Assembly (NCBI GenBank): GCA_023150835.1
Contig: JAKLKB010000009.1
Coordinates: forward strand, 1 to 64,000
Reading direction: 5' to 3'
DNA: 64,000 nucleotides
Origin: Myxococcota bacterium
Lineage (GTDB): Bacteria > Myxococcota_C > UBA6777
A program made the translations under genes and the position numbers. The notes beneath the pieces are model-generated. The model saw only the letters and a list, made by a program, of their open reading frames with translations, did no database searches and had not been told where the DNA came from. Position 1 is the stretch's first letter. Every line of letters starts with the position of its first letter. Below are positions 19,131 through 30,086 of the stretch, one piece after another.

Positions 19131-20384
19131 ATGGTGGGTCGTTGTTTGTGTCGTGTTGGATACGGGCTCCTCTTGTGCGTGATGGGGTGGTGGGCAACGG
19201 TATGCACGCAAACGTCGGCGTATGCGCAAAAGACAGCGGACGTTTCTGTGGTTGTGTCTTCTCTCGACAAGACAGGCGCAAACAACGCATGGATCGAAGG
19301 CGTGTGGAGCGAGTCGTTGGGGGTGCGCCACCGCGAAAGTGCCCTCTATTTGGGCGGAATCCCCGAAGACCAAAGCAACGCCCTGTCTGAGGCCGCAAAA
19401 GCCTTTGCAGCGGGAAAAAAAGCCTACGAAGAACTGAATCCTGAGACCTCATTTCGCCAGTTCACCAAAGCCATCCGACACTACAAAGAAGCCAGCGCCT
19501 ACACCACCGATATCAAGCCGCTCGCCCAAGCCCTGCTTTACATCGGCGTCGGCTACCTGCTGAACGGACAACGCGCCCAAGGCATCGCGTCTTTTCAACA
19601 AGCCTTGGTGTTTCAACCGACAGCGACGTTGGCGGGGATATCCACCGAAGAAGACAAGTTGCAGATCTTCAAACTGGCGGAAGAGGAGATCAAAAAACTT
19701 CCCAAGCACCTGATCAAGATCAGCGCAGAGACCGATGCTGCGGTCTTTATCGACGGTCGATTTCGCGGCGTGACGCCCTTGCAGGTGCGCTTGTCTGAAG
19801 GCGAACATCTGATCGCGGTGCGACGCCAAGGCTATGTCTCTTGGGGTCGCAGTTTGCGCATCAAAGGCCCAGAGACCTTGGAGGCTCAACTCAAAGCCTT
19901 ATCAGGACAAACCAACTGGCTAAAATTGGGACAAAGCGCGACGGACAACGGCAGCCAAGAACAAGCCGAAGTCCCCGCAAGTGTCCTTGCATTGGGCCAG
20001 TTGACAGGCGGTGAGATGTTGGTGATCGCACAAACCAAGCGGGTGCAATCGCGTTTGTGGATTCAAGCTGCGGCTTATGATCTTGCGAACAAACGCCAAG
20101 TTGCGGCAGGAGGCGCATGGGCCGAGTGGCCCAAAGGAACAGAGGTTGCGCAAGAGCTTCTGCGATCGCTGTTGCGTGGGACACCTGTTCGCCTTGGAGG
20201 TTGGCTCCCAAATGCCATAGGAAGCACGGGAAGCCCCCCCAAAGGAGGCGGAAACGCCGTAGGGATCGCGTTGGGTATCACAGCGGGTGTGCTGGTGTTG
20301 GGGGCGGGCGTTGCGATCGCGGTGTATTTCTTGACGCAACCGCGCTGCGAAAAAGGAAGCTGCATCGATCTCACGCTCAAGTAA
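19131..20384 (+). CDS. PEGA domain-containing exported/membrane protein
   Basis: Signal-like N-terminus, TPR-like segment, PEGA motif AAVFIDGRFRGVTPL..GEHLIAVRRQGY and a C-terminal TM. A GGAGG RBS precedes 19131. Confidence 0.82.
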   Translation: MVGRCLCRVGYGLLLCVMGWWATVCTQTSAYAQKTADVSVVVSSLDKTGANNAWIEGVWSESLGVRHRESALYLGGIPEDQSNALSEAAKAFAAGKKAYEELNPETSFRQFTKAIRHYKEASAYTTDIKPLAQALLYIGVGYLLNGQRAQGIASFQQALVFQPTATLAGISTEEDKLQIFKLAEEEIKKLPKHLIKISAETDAAVFIDGRFRGVTPLQVRLSEGEHLIAVRRQGYVSWGRSLRIKGPETLEAQLKALSGQTNWLKLGQSATDNGSQEQAEVPASVLALGQLTGGEMLVIAQTKRVQSRLWIQAAAYDLANKRQVAAGGAWAEWPKGTEVAQELLRSLLRGTPVRLGGWLPNAIGSTGSPPKGGGNAVGIALGITAGVLVLGAGVAIAVYFLTQPRCEKGSCIDLTLK

Positions 20385-20442
20385 CCCTCTCCTGATCACT
20401 GTCCCCGCTCAACAGCCATCAGAAAACCTCGGAATAGAGGCC

Positions 20443-20949
20443 ATGATCACCATGCACAAACTACACTCCCCTCTGCCCTGCTCCAAGTCCGATCTTGGGC
20501 GAACCAAGAACAGCTTCGTGCGGATCTGCTCGATGCTGTTGCTGTGCCTTGTTCTCGGAGCGATCTCGTCTTGTGGCTCGCCCTCAGAGGGCGGATTTGG
20601 TGTTCGACTCCAAGGGCTCGATGCAGCGGTACTTGCGCGGATGCGCTTTCTGGATATCGCGATCTTTCCCGCAAGCAAGGTGGCTTGCAACCAAGTCAAC
20701 GCCACCAACTACACCAAAAGCGGAGCTTTTGCCGCCGATCACCTCGGGGAATTTCCCGTTCGCTTCGATGGAACCGAACGAAGGGCGATTATCAACGAGC
20801 TTCCCGAAGGCAACGATCTCGTGTTGTATTTCCTCGGCCTTGAGTCGGTGGGAGAAGAAAAGAAAGCGCTCGCCCAAGGCTGCACAAGCGGGATCACCCT
20901 CAAAAAAGCGGAGATCACCGTCGTCAACGTCACGATGAACGCCCTTTAG
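20443..20949 (+). CDS. Hypothetical lipoprotein
   Basis: Hydrophobic stretch ending in a lipobox-like ISSC, followed by a beta-rich mature part. Confidence 0.7.
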   Translation: MITMHKLHSPLPCSKSDLGRTKNSFVRICSMLLLCLVLGAISSCGSPSEGGFGVRLQGLDAAVLARMRFLDIAIFPASKVACNQVNATNYTKSGAFAADHLGEFPVRFDGTERRAIINELPEGNDLVLYFLGLESVGEEKKALAQGCTSGITLKKAEITVVNVTMNAL

Positions 20950-21123
20950 CTCTCCTCAAAAAACGACCGTTGTCTTCGCACAAGAAGCCACCGTCACCCA
21001 CATCACGCCCCGTCGTGTACAACCATGACGTCCGATACAACGACTGGACCTGTTCACCGCCCCCCACATCATGCCCTGTTATGCCCTTCTATCGAAGGGA
21101 CAAGATAGGCTAAGGAGCGCTAT

Positions 21124-21453
21124 ATGAGCGAAGCACCCAAGCAAGAAAACAAGCCACGGCGCAGAGTCGCCCCCCTACGCAACACCGCCCCTCGCCGCGT
21201 CCAGCCCGAAGCCCCTCCCCAACACGGCGTATTCAAAGAGGGATGGCTACGCTATCACGATTTTTATAACGGTTTTATGCCCCACCCAAGCGAGTTCGCA
21301 CGAGGCGAAGATCAAGGCGCAACTGAGATGGGGCTGGTTCGTATCCCTGCGTTGATCTTCTACGTCCCGATCTACTACATCTTCTTGCTTTTGCTGTTTC
21401 CGCTGTTCTATCCCTTTATGCTTTTTTCCGCGATCTCTGCGCGAAAATCCTAG
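21124..21453 (+). CDS. Small hypothetical membrane protein
   Basis: AAGGAG RBS and a C-terminal hydrophobic segment. Confidence 0.7.
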   Translation: MSEAPKQENKPRRRVAPLRNTAPRRVQPEAPPQHGVFKEGWLRYHDFYNGFMPHPSEFARGEDQGATEMGLVRIPALIFYVPIYYIFLLLLFPLFYPFMLFSAISARKS

Positions 21454-21520
21454 AGCACCCGAGAGGTGCGCGAGGTCACAGATCAGGGGAGCGCAATGTA
21501 GGAAAGCGAAGCACTGCCTT

Positions 21521-21623
21521 TGCAAGGTTCGCAATCAGCGAGACAACAGCTCGGGGAGCGAAACGCTGTTTTTGCAAGGCTCGCGATCAGCGAGACAACA
21601 GATCGAAGGAGCGAAACGCTGTC
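21521..21623. repeat. 52-bp tandem duplication spanning the stop codon of the 1781-aa gene
   Basis: Two diverged copies of TGCAAGG.TCGC.ATCAGCGAGACAACAG.TCG..GGAGCGAAACGCTGT. Confidence 0.85.
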
Positions 21624-24600
21624 ATGGAAAGACTCGGATCGAGGGGGATCTGGAGCTTTTTGCGCAGCGCAAGATGTTGGCGAGAAAAAGCAAAGGCCAA
21701 AAAAGAATGCAGGGGCGGGAAGTTTTCGATCAACATCGCGAAATCTGCGGGAGGACGGTCGAGACGACCTGCGGCATACAGAGCCATCGCTTGCAGCGCA
21801 GGCGCAAAAGAAGGTGTGGCAAGGAGACCGATCTGCGAAGAGATCCGCTCGACGGTGTCATGCCACACAACGGGAGCAGGCAGTTCTTGTCGGATCTCTG
21901 GGGAACAAAGACGCTCCGCCAAGGTCCACAGCTCGATCGGGATCTCGGCGGGTGGAAAGATCTCGCGGGGTAGGTGTTGCAAAAGAAGATGTGCAAGAGT
22001 CCCAAGCAGCGTAGCGGATCGAAAAGGCGGCAAAAGCTGGGTCATGGTTTTGGCGAGCAAAAAGCGTTGCTGTTCGGGGGGAGATGCGTACAAAAACGCA
22101 TCGCCAAGCAAAAAAGTGGGCGGGTGGTAACGCAAAAGCGCAGGAGCAAGCGTGTCCGATTCTCCCGCAACAAGATGCACCGAAGGCAAACCAAACTGCG
22201 AAGACAAACGCCGAACCATCCGAGACAAGGGATGATTCGGCTCCAAGGTTTCGTTTGCGAGATGCGTTGCCAAGGGCGGTAAAAGCGAAGCCCAAGAGGC
22301 CGAGTGTTCGTTCATAGCTGTAAACAAAGACGTTGCGGCCTCGGCTTGTTCGGCAAAGTCACCGAGGCAATGGCGTATCTCTTCGTTTGTCAAAGAATGT
22401 CCATCTCCATCCCAAGCGTTCTCTTCGATGGCAGGAAGAGAGGCGGGTGTCTCTTCGCCATGATACCGCAGGAGCGTCACAGCAAGGGCGAGGATATCGT
22501 GTTCTTGGTAGGTTTGGCAGAGCCAAACCAAGCGATGCAACGGCTGTGTCGAAGAAGGAACATCCAGATAAAGCTCTGTGAGGAGCTGGGTTTCGCGCTG
22601 CCATGTGGGTGCAAGCTCGCGATAGCGAAGGAGAAACAGATCTTCGGTGGGGCAGATCTGCAAGCCGAGCAGGTAGGTCAGGAGCGCCATGGGAGCTTGT
22701 TGGAGGGTGTGTTGAAAGAGTTGAGCGATGTTGTAAACGGTGGCAACAAGTTGTTCTTTGGGTGCGTTGTTGGCGTTTGCTTGGCGCAAACGCTCGACAA
22801 GTTGGAAGATCTGTTCTGCTGCGGAGTTTTGTTGTTCATCTTCGCCCCCATGCAAACGCTCGGCGAGCGCAAAGATCTGTTCGAGGGTGACTTGGGCTTT
22901 GTGCGGAACGGAGCGGAGTTGAACACCGTGCCATCGGTCTTGGGAGCGAGACGCGGGAAGATCTTTTGAGGAAGCCGCAGCGAGCGCGTCTTGGGAGGAT
23001 TTGGAAGGTGAGGACTGAAACATCAAAGTAAAGTGTTCGTCCGAAGAAAGCAGGGGCGGCAAGAGATCAGGATCATCCAATTCACCGCTGTCTGTCGCAG
23101 GATGAACGGAGTCGTTGGGAGAAGAAGAAAAGGTGATCTGTGTGTCTTGTTGGGGGATCAAGGTATCGGGCGAAACCCAGACGGCTCCGGACTTGTTGCC
23201 AAAGAAGTCGGAAAGATCGTCTTGGGTGAGGTGTGCGTGGATCTGCGGAGGGCGGAGCATGGGATCAGGAAGAGGCCGATAGTTGTTGGTTCGCGCAGGA
23301 TCGGGAAGTGGCGAAAAGGAGTCTGTGCGTGTGTGATCGTTGAAGTGTTGTCCTGAGAAGGCGGCGTGTGGGAAGGATGTTGTGCGGGAGAAGGCGTTTT
23401 CTTGGGCAGGATCAGGGAGAGCAGCATGAGTGTCTGTGCGCATGGCGTCTTGTGCGGAGAGGGCGGGAGGATGGGCCTCAAACGCATCGGTACGCGAGGT
23501 TTCTTCTTTTTGCGCGAGAAGATCTTCGACAGCGGGAAGGTCTGTATGGGTTTGAAAGCTTTCGTTTTCTTTGGGCAACGATCCTGAAGGGACGGGAAGA
23601 TGGGCGAGAGGAGCGCGCATTTCATCGATCGTCGCTTCTTGAAGAAAAGCAGGGACAGGAAGGTGGGCGAGAGGAGCGCGCATCTCGTCGATGGTCGCTT
23701 CTTGAAAATGGATCGGTGGTAGCGATTGGGGCGGGCTCGATGGCTTCGTTTCCACCGAGCGTTCGGAGGAAACAGGATGTTCAGCGGTCGTGGCATTGTC
23801 TGGCGTGGCTGATGCCGTTTCGTGGGCAGAAAGAGCATCCGTTTCGTCAAGCTCACCGAGTTCAGGAACCGCATCGTGTTCGTCGGTGATTGACGATGCA
23901 GAGAGCGCGGATTCATCGACAGGATCGTTTGTTCTAGAGGGAGAATGCCTGTGTTTGGGGGTTAGCCCCACAGAGGGGCGCAACGATGCCGAGAGACGGG
24001 TAGAGGGCGAAGAGACGGGAGGCTCGATATCGGGGAAGATTTCATTATTTTGGGTATGTATGTTGGGGGGTGGGTTCGAGATCTTTGCCATCTCCGCCAT
24101 CTCCGAGGACTCTGTCGAGCCCAACAATTCTTCAAGGTTGTGGATCATCGAACGTGCAGAAGCCATCTCAGGGTCGGCTTGCCAAGCCTCCCGAAGAGAA
24201 TCCAAAGCGGAAGGCCATCGCTCGCATCGAGCGTGAGCGTGGGCAAGGCGCACCAACAAACGAGCGCGCTCTTTGCGATCACTGGCCTTTGGCAAAAGGC
24301 GCGTCAAGTACTCGGCCTGTTCGTCGAACCGTTCAAGCCGTCCACACAAGGTCTCAGCGCGTTCAAGAACGACGACAGACTGAGGAGAAAGAGCCAAGAC
24401 AAGGCGATAAGCGGACAGAGCTTGTTGTGGCTGGCGCAAGGTGTATTCATAAAAAAACCCAAGTTGTTGGTACAACGCAGGCAGTTTTTCGGAAGCAAGG
24501 AGGTCGTTTTCGCTACGAGCGATCTGCTTTTTGAGCAGACGTTCCAAAAGCATCCACGCCTGAAAACGAGCCGCCAACGAAAGCGCACGCACAAGCAGCG

Positions 24601-26932
24601 AAGAGGGAACGCGGTGTCCTTGGGCCTCGATCTGTTGTAAAAACTCGATGGCACGGGCTTGATCTTTGAGATGAAAACAGACAGCAGCCAACCAATAGCT
24701 GATTTCGGCATGTTGCAGATCATCCACCACGCGCAGTTGCGCTTGGGACAAGATCTCCAGCAAGCGTGCAGGAACACCACGCGCCAAGATCTCTGGCAAC
24801 AAAAACAACGCATCCTCAAAACCGCCGTCGATCAAAAACAAGCGATGGCAGACTTGCAAGATATCGTCGTCAACATCGGAGGATTCGAGCGAGACAGCAG
24901 CGATGCGCATCAACAGAGCGCGCTGAAGGTCGGTATCTTGGGAACGCTCAAACAATCGCCACAAGATCCCCATCGCTTCGGTACGTTCACCGACCCGCAA
25001 CAACAAATCAACGAAAGGCCATAAGATCTCGCCATGATCGTCTGCACTCCGATGGGCTTTTCGATAAGCCTCTAAAGCTTCCGATTGCTTGGACTTGTCA
25101 TCTTCCAACATCGACGCCAGCCCCAAAAGATGACGGGCGCGAGCCAACGGAGATTCGGGGATATCAAGCAAACGATGCGAAAGCTCTAGTGCTTGTTTGG
25201 AAAGCCCAAGACTCAAAGCGAGTTGTCGGCCTAGCTGCAAAAGCTCGGTATGATCGGGATGGCGCTGCCATATTTTTTGAAAAACCCGCCAAGCGCGCTG
25301 TGTTCCGTCTTTTTCAAGCAACAGCCGATGCACCAATTGGATCTGCCACGTGATGTCGCCGTTCCCTTGAAACGCCATCTCTTCACACCAGCGCCCGAGC
25401 GGGTGAGACAAGCCAAAAAGCCGAACTCTCCGCCAAATCGAACGCAAGACCAACGGATCTTTTGGAAACCAAGCCCACGCCATCCAAGCCATCGTCAGGC
25501 CGCGCCAAGGGACACGTGCGGATTGTTCGAACCATACGGCCATACGCATCCACACCCATGCACGCAAGATCGCCGAAGGCTGCGAAAGACCAAACAGCCT
25601 CCACGCCCGCAAACAGGTCTTGTGATCGCCACGCGCACGAAAAGCCACCAAGACTCGTTCAAAACGCACAGGATCACTCGGAACCATCGAAAAATCCAGC
25701 CATAGCCAATCGAACATCTCCACCGAAGACAACAAGCCTTGGCGGTGTGTGTCCAAAAGCCGCGCAAACGAGGCAGGGTTGTGCGAGATCGGAAGACGCC
25801 CCAACGGCAGATAACGCTGCAAACGATCGAGCAGCGGCCAAGCTTCCGCATCCGCGATAGCATGATACAAAGATTCCCAAACATGCGTCCCCCGCGATCG
25901 TCGGCGCAAGATCCCTTCCCAAGCGATCTCGGCCTCTTGACCGCCTTTGTGCGTTAGGCTTGTTGCGTACAAACAAGCTTGTTCTTCTTCGACGTACACA
26001 TCCAACATCGCAAGGCGCGCACACATCGTATCCAGAGCGGCTTTTTGTGGCGAGACCTGCGTGGCGGCGTGCCGCTCCGAAGATTGCCTTTGCTGACGTT
26101 CGTCTCGAATGCCCGAACCATCGAGATGATCTTGCGATACCAGCGAAGCAAAGTGTACGCGTAACACCAAATCCTCGGACGGATGAACAAAAGCGGGTAG
26201 AGCCTGTCTCAAGTGAGACCACTGTTGTTGGCGCAAAAGATGCGCAACCCATGCGGCTTCGTGGGCTGTCCACGGGAAAGCTCGCACACGAAGGCACCGC
26301 TCCATCCACGCAGCATCGGGCGCAAGCGCTCCAGCGCATTGAACAGATATCTGCCAAAGTTCTCGAATCAACGAATCATCCGAAGAATAAGCCATCCATC
26401 GCAACGTTGCTCGTGTCAGCGCTCTCCACGCTTTGGCCCGAACCAACACAGACTCCACGCGGCGAAAAGCCTCGACGGCTCCGTATTGTTGACAAAGGCA
26501 TCGCTCCATCATCTCCAACGAATCTTCGGAAAAATTGGGGTTTTGATAGCACGTCAGGACAGAAAAAGGGCGAGACAAGGGACGCCCCCCCAGATGACGG
26601 GCGGCCTCGACTTGTTGTTGCGCAGCTTCGGGCAAATGCACCAACCACTGCTCTTGAAGCGAAAGCAAAAGCTGAGCAGACAACGACGACGAAACCCCCT
26701 GCAAGCGGCTCGCGAGTCGTCGAAGTGTCTGCTGTTGCTCGGGGATTTGAGGAGAAGAAAGCGCCCAAGCCGCCGCCAACAAAAGCGACACCGCGTGTTG
26801 ATGGGGTGGTTGGGCTTCTTGGGCGCAGGATTCGAGATGGTGCGCCAAACGCAAGTGATGACCCGCTGTTGCAAGCGCAAGCAAGGGCTGTTGAGTTGTA
26901 AGAGGAACGTGTTCGTACAATCTCGGCTCCAT
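21587..26932 (-). CDS. Large TPR-like protein with a central disordered region
   Basis: 1781-aa ORF with TPR-like segments (ALSAYRLVLALSP; ALDSLREAWQADP), an S/P-rich linker and a duplicated EATIDEMRAPLAHLPVP. Confidence 0.75.
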   Translation of the reverse strand: MEPRLYEHVPLTTQQPLLALATAGHHLRLAHHLESCAQEAQPPHQHAVSLLLAAAWALSSPQIPEQQQTLRRLASRLQGVSSSLSAQLLLSLQEQWLVHLPEAAQQQVEAARHLGGRPLSRPFSVLTCYQNPNFSEDSLEMMERCLCQQYGAVEAFRRVESVLVRAKAWRALTRATLRWMAYSSDDSLIRELWQISVQCAGALAPDAAWMERCLRVRAFPWTAHEAAWVAHLLRQQQWSHLRQALPAFVHPSEDLVLRVHFASLVSQDHLDGSGIRDERQQRQSSERHAATQVSPQKAALDTMCARLAMLDVYVEEEQACLYATSLTHKGGQEAEIAWEGILRRRSRGTHVWESLYHAIADAEAWPLLDRLQRYLPLGRLPISHNPASFARLLDTHRQGLLSSVEMFDWLWLDFSMVPSDPVRFERVLVAFRARGDHKTCLRAWRLFGLSQPSAILRAWVWMRMAVWFEQSARVPWRGLTMAWMAWAWFPKDPLVLRSIWRRVRLFGLSHPLGRWCEEMAFQGNGDITWQIQLVHRLLLEKDGTQRAWRVFQKIWQRHPDHTELLQLGRQLALSLGLSKQALELSHRLLDIPESPLARARHLLGLASMLEDDKSKQSEALEAYRKAHRSADDHGEILWPFVDLLLRVGERTEAMGILWRLFERSQDTDLQRALLMRIAAVSLESSDVDDDILQVCHRLFLIDGGFEDALFLLPEILARGVPARLLEILSQAQLRVVDDLQHAEISYWLAAVCFHLKDQARAIEFLQQIEAQGHRVPSSLLVRALSLAARFQAWMLLERLLKKQIARSENDLLASEKLPALYQQLGFFYEYTLRQPQQALSAYRLVLALSPQSVVVLERAETLCGRLERFDEQAEYLTRLLPKASDRKERARLLVRLAHAHARCERWPSALDSLREAWQADPEMASARSMIHNLEELLGSTESSEMAEMAKISNPPPNIHTQNNEIFPDIEPPVSSPSTRLSASLRPSVGLTPKHRHSPSRTNDPVDESALSASSITDEHDAVPELGELDETDALSAHETASATPDNATTAEHPVSSERSVETKPSSPPQSLPPIHFQEATIDEMRAPLAHLPVPAFLQEATIDEMRAPLAHLPVPSGSLPKENESFQTHTDLPAVEDLLAQKEETSRTDAFEAHPPALSAQDAMRTDTHAALPDPAQENAFSRTTSFPHAAFSGQHFNDHTRTDSFSPLPDPARTNNYRPLPDPMLRPPQIHAHLTQDDLSDFFGNKSGAVWVSPDTLIPQQDTQITFSSSPNDSVHPATDSGELDDPDLLPPLLSSDEHFTLMFQSSPSKSSQDALAAASSKDLPASRSQDRWHGVQLRSVPHKAQVTLEQIFALAERLHGGEDEQQNSAAEQIFQLVERLRQANANNAPKEQLVATVYNIAQLFQHTLQQAPMALLTYLLGLQICPTEDLFLLRYRELAPTWQRETQLLTELYLDVPSSTQPLHRLVWLCQTYQEHDILALAVTLLRYHGEETPASLPAIEENAWDGDGHSLTNEEIRHCLGDFAEQAEAATSLFTAMNEHSASWASLLPPLATHLANETLEPNHPLSRMVRRLSSQFGLPSVHLVAGESDTLAPALLRYHPPTFLLGDAFLYASPPEQQRFLLAKTMTQLLPPFRSATLLGTLAHLLLQHLPREIFPPAEIPIELWTLAERLCSPEIRQELPAPVVWHDTVERISSQIGLLATPSFAPALQAMALYAAGRLDRPPADFAMLIENFPPLHSFLAFAFSRQHLALRKKLQIPLDPSLSMTAFRSFDLLSR

Positions 26933-27158
26933 CCTTCCGTCACCATCGAATCATGGACATCCGTCAGCCATCGCAACACACGGGATATCTTCGCCCCCCC
27001 GCGTTCGGTGTCGAAAGCGAACAAGTACACGACACCGATGGAGGACAGAGCGCGAATGCGTTGTGCGGAAAGAAGTGAGGCAACGCATGGTGGGTTGGGG
27101 TCTTGAAGCGCGTTCTTTCTGTTGTTTGTCTAGGATGCAGCACGCCGAGATAGCGCGT

Positions 27159-29765
27159 TTAGTATTGTGCTTTGAGGAGATAAGGAACCTCCATCTTGAG
27201 GCTTTCGCCGGTGAAGGGCGTAAATTGCCAGCGGCGCATGGAACGAACGATACACTTGGTTAAGGACATCCCTCGAAAACGGGGGGTCAGCACTTCGACC
27301 GAAGAGACGCTGCCCGACGCTTCGATCCCAAGCATCACGACCAACCGGCCCGAGATGGTAAGGGCTTTGAGGTGTTGTTCGTAGCAGTATGTGATCTTTT
27401 CTTTGTTGGCTTCGATCTCGTTGAGCAGCTTTTTGACAAGAGCTTGATCGACCCCTGCGGCATCGGCCACACGCACCGAAGGCTGCTGCTGCGGTGAGGT
27501 CGATGAAAAGGTCATCGCGCCGCGCTGTGCGAGGCGTTTGAGGACTTCGCTATCCATCTCTTGTTTTTTGGTGGTTTGGAGGTGGGGTGTCGCAGTAGAA
27601 CGCACAGACGAGGAGCGTCGTGCGGAAGCCACCAAACGGCGGCGAGGCTTGGTTGGGGTGGCGGCAAAAGAAGGTTTGTAGCCGCTGCCTTGGAGCAACG
27701 CATCCCGCAAGCGTTTCTGTTCTTCGGTGAGTTCTTGGTTGGGTTTCAAAAGAAGTTCTGCCGCTTTTTCGCGTTTTTCAAACATCTTGTTGATCTGGCG
27801 ATTGGCCACAACCGAAGAAAGCAAGATCAACACGACGAGAACCCCAGCCCCTACAAGCAGAACATTGCGCCCAGTGCGTGGCTTGATGGTTTCGGACATC
27901 TCTTCGAGGATATCGTCATCATCGATCGAAAGCTCTGTTTCGGCAGCAGGCTCGTCGAGACTCATCGGAAGCGGCGGAAGTTCCACTTCAAAGATCTCGT
28001 TGCCTGTTCCGCTGTCTTTGTAAGATCGATCAAAAAACAGAGCCTCTTCCGAAGATTCGATCAGATCGCCCATACTCGCAGGAAGCGCTTGGCTTTCCAT
28101 CGCAACGTCTTGTGCTTTGGAAGCCGGCGGAGCAGGCCGCTCCATAACAGGAGCAGGGAAGGGCATTTGCGCTTTAGGTGGTTCGTTTTGTTGGGGGATT
28201 GTTTGAGCCGCAAGAGTCCCGTGCGGCGCAGCAGATGGCCGTGTTCGCGCCCCCAACAGTCCAGAGAACGGATTCTCAAGGCTTTCAGGTTTCGATTCTG
28301 CCAGAGGCCGCGCAGCAAGAGGAGTCCCCATTTCAGGGGCCTCTTCCTTGCCACCCAACCAATCCAAAGGAGAAGGCCCTTTCAAAGCCGAAGACCCCGA
28401 AGCATTCGCGTTTTTTTCCATCACGCTCGCAGGTTTGAATGGATCGTTTTTTGCGGATGGAGTATTGGTGCCGAGCGGGGAAAAGGGTGTGGGTTTGACC
28501 GTTGCAGGGACAGGTTCAGCAAGCGATGGCTCTTTATGCACCGTCGAAGCAGCCGTTGGTTGCGGAGAAAAGGGTGCTTGAAGCGGCGCTTTGGCAAAGG
28601 CAGGGCTTTGGGACGATTGGGGCTGTGCAGAGGCCGAACGTTGGGGCTGTTGAGCAGATGATGGCTGAGATTGTTGTGCTTGTTGCGCTGGTTGTGTCGA
28701 GGCCGAACGTTGGGGCTGTTGGGAGGGTACGGGTTGTGCTTGTTGCGCTGATTGCGCAGAGGCCGAACGTTGGGGCTGTTGGGAGGGTACGGGTTGTGAC
28801 TGTTGCGCTGATTGCGCAGAGGCCGAACGTTGAGGCTGTTGGGAGGGTGCAGGTTGTGACTGTTGCGCAGAGACCGAGCGTTTGGACTGATGGGGAGCGA
28901 TATCGAGTTGTTTTGAGAGATCGGAGATGTCCTCGCCTGCATCGCGGCCTTGTTGGAGGATCTGTGCGATGGATTGGATGGATGTTGCGCCTTCGGATTC
29001 TGCGCCGTCATCGTAGAGATCGCGATCCGTATCGGCATTTGATTGGTGGAGGCTTTCATCCATCGTTTGGTGAGGAGAAGAAAAAGGCGTAGATGAGGAA
29101 GAAGAAAAGCCCCCTTGTGTTGGTGGATACGATGGGGCGGGTGGTTCGGCGATGCCACGAGCGCGCAGGAAGGCAGAGCGGACCTCCGAAGCCTCGCTTG
29201 CAGGACGCCAGTTCGGCCATCCTGCGTTCCAGATCAAGTCTTGTTCGTGGACTTCGCCGCGCACGATGGCTGTTTGAAGATCGCTCAAGGTGACGGGGCC
29301 GACGGGTGCGTTGTGGAGGGCATAGAACCACGTGGGTTGTTCGTTCTTTTCTTCGCGGATTTGGCGGAACCAATCTGCGGAGATACGCGCAACCATGGTG
29401 CGTTCGCTGCGTTGTTCGCCAGCGTCTTGTTGGCTCGAGAGTTGAGCGGAGGTGGTGGGTTTGGTGGAGACGCGATCGATCGAAGCAAAGGTCACGGATG
29501 CGCTGCTTGGGGGGGCTTCGTTGCGCGTCTGGAAACTGGACGCAGGGACCAGACTCTCCAAAGAAGCGGAAGAGAAGATGGGGTGGATAGCTGAAGAAGG
29601 AGCCGCAGAGACGGGGATATCCAACTCTTTTTGTGCTTCGGGATCGCGAACCACGATCACATGCGAACAACGCTTGCAGCGGATCTTCAGCACTTTGTTG
29701 CGTACTTTTTGTTCTGCGATGGAATATTTGGCGTGGCAATTGTCACAGATAAATCGCATCTGCAT
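27159..29765 (-). CDS. AgmX/GltJ-like protein (zinc ribbon, GYF_2, linker, TM, TonB-C-like domain)
   Basis: CDNCHAKY..KIRCKRC zinc ribbon, WFYALHNAPVGPV..LIWNAGWPNW GYF_2 domain, TM, and C-terminal ITYCYE..GRLVVMLGIEASGSV..CIVRSMRRWQF. Confidence 0.85.
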   Translation of the reverse strand: MQMRFICDNCHAKYSIAEQKVRNKVLKIRCKRCSHVIVVRDPEAQKELDIPVSAAPSSAIHPIFSSASLESLVPASSFQTRNEAPPSSASVTFASIDRVSTKPTTSAQLSSQQDAGEQRSERTMVARISADWFRQIREEKNEQPTWFYALHNAPVGPVTLSDLQTAIVRGEVHEQDLIWNAGWPNWRPASEASEVRSAFLRARGIAEPPAPSYPPTQGGFSSSSSTPFSSPHQTMDESLHQSNADTDRDLYDDGAESEGATSIQSIAQILQQGRDAGEDISDLSKQLDIAPHQSKRSVSAQQSQPAPSQQPQRSASAQSAQQSQPVPSQQPQRSASAQSAQQAQPVPSQQPQRSASTQPAQQAQQSQPSSAQQPQRSASAQPQSSQSPAFAKAPLQAPFSPQPTAASTVHKEPSLAEPVPATVKPTPFSPLGTNTPSAKNDPFKPASVMEKNANASGSSALKGPSPLDWLGGKEEAPEMGTPLAARPLAESKPESLENPFSGLLGARTRPSAAPHGTLAAQTIPQQNEPPKAQMPFPAPVMERPAPPASKAQDVAMESQALPASMGDLIESSEEALFFDRSYKDSGTGNEIFEVELPPLPMSLDEPAAETELSIDDDDILEEMSETIKPRTGRNVLLVGAGVLVVLILLSSVVANRQINKMFEKREKAAELLLKPNQELTEEQKRLRDALLQGSGYKPSFAATPTKPRRRLVASARRSSSVRSTATPHLQTTKKQEMDSEVLKRLAQRGAMTFSSTSPQQQPSVRVADAAGVDQALVKKLLNEIEANKEKITYCYEQHLKALTISGRLVVMLGIEASGSVSSVEVLTPRFRGMSLTKCIVRSMRRWQFTPFTGESLKMEVPYLLKAQY
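28628..28872. repeat. ~60-bp intragenic tandem repeats (Q/S/P-rich linker)
   Basis: Repeated gaggccgaacgttggggctgttgggagggtacgggttgtg encoding PSQQPQRSASAQSAQQ. Confidence 0.85.
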
Positions 29766-30086
29766 CGTTTGTTGCTCTCTCAAGTTAGGGGGTTGAGCAT
29801 GTTTCGAGAGAGACAGGCCGCCCAAAGACAGCGCTCACTCGGTAGAGCGTCCCCCGCAAACACATCAAACATCCCATGCGTCCTACTTTGTTGTTTTCTC
29901 AAGCATCCATCCAAGCCATGTTCCGCAGAGATCGTTGCACAGCGGCCTTTTGCGGTCAAACGTCGAAACATATTGCAATGAAACGGCAGAGATGGCAAGC
30001 CCCTTGAGATCCTCTGGCGCAGAAAAGGCGCTCCACAAATACGGTGCGTTTTGGGTCGAATCGGCCCACGCAAACCTTTTGGTACG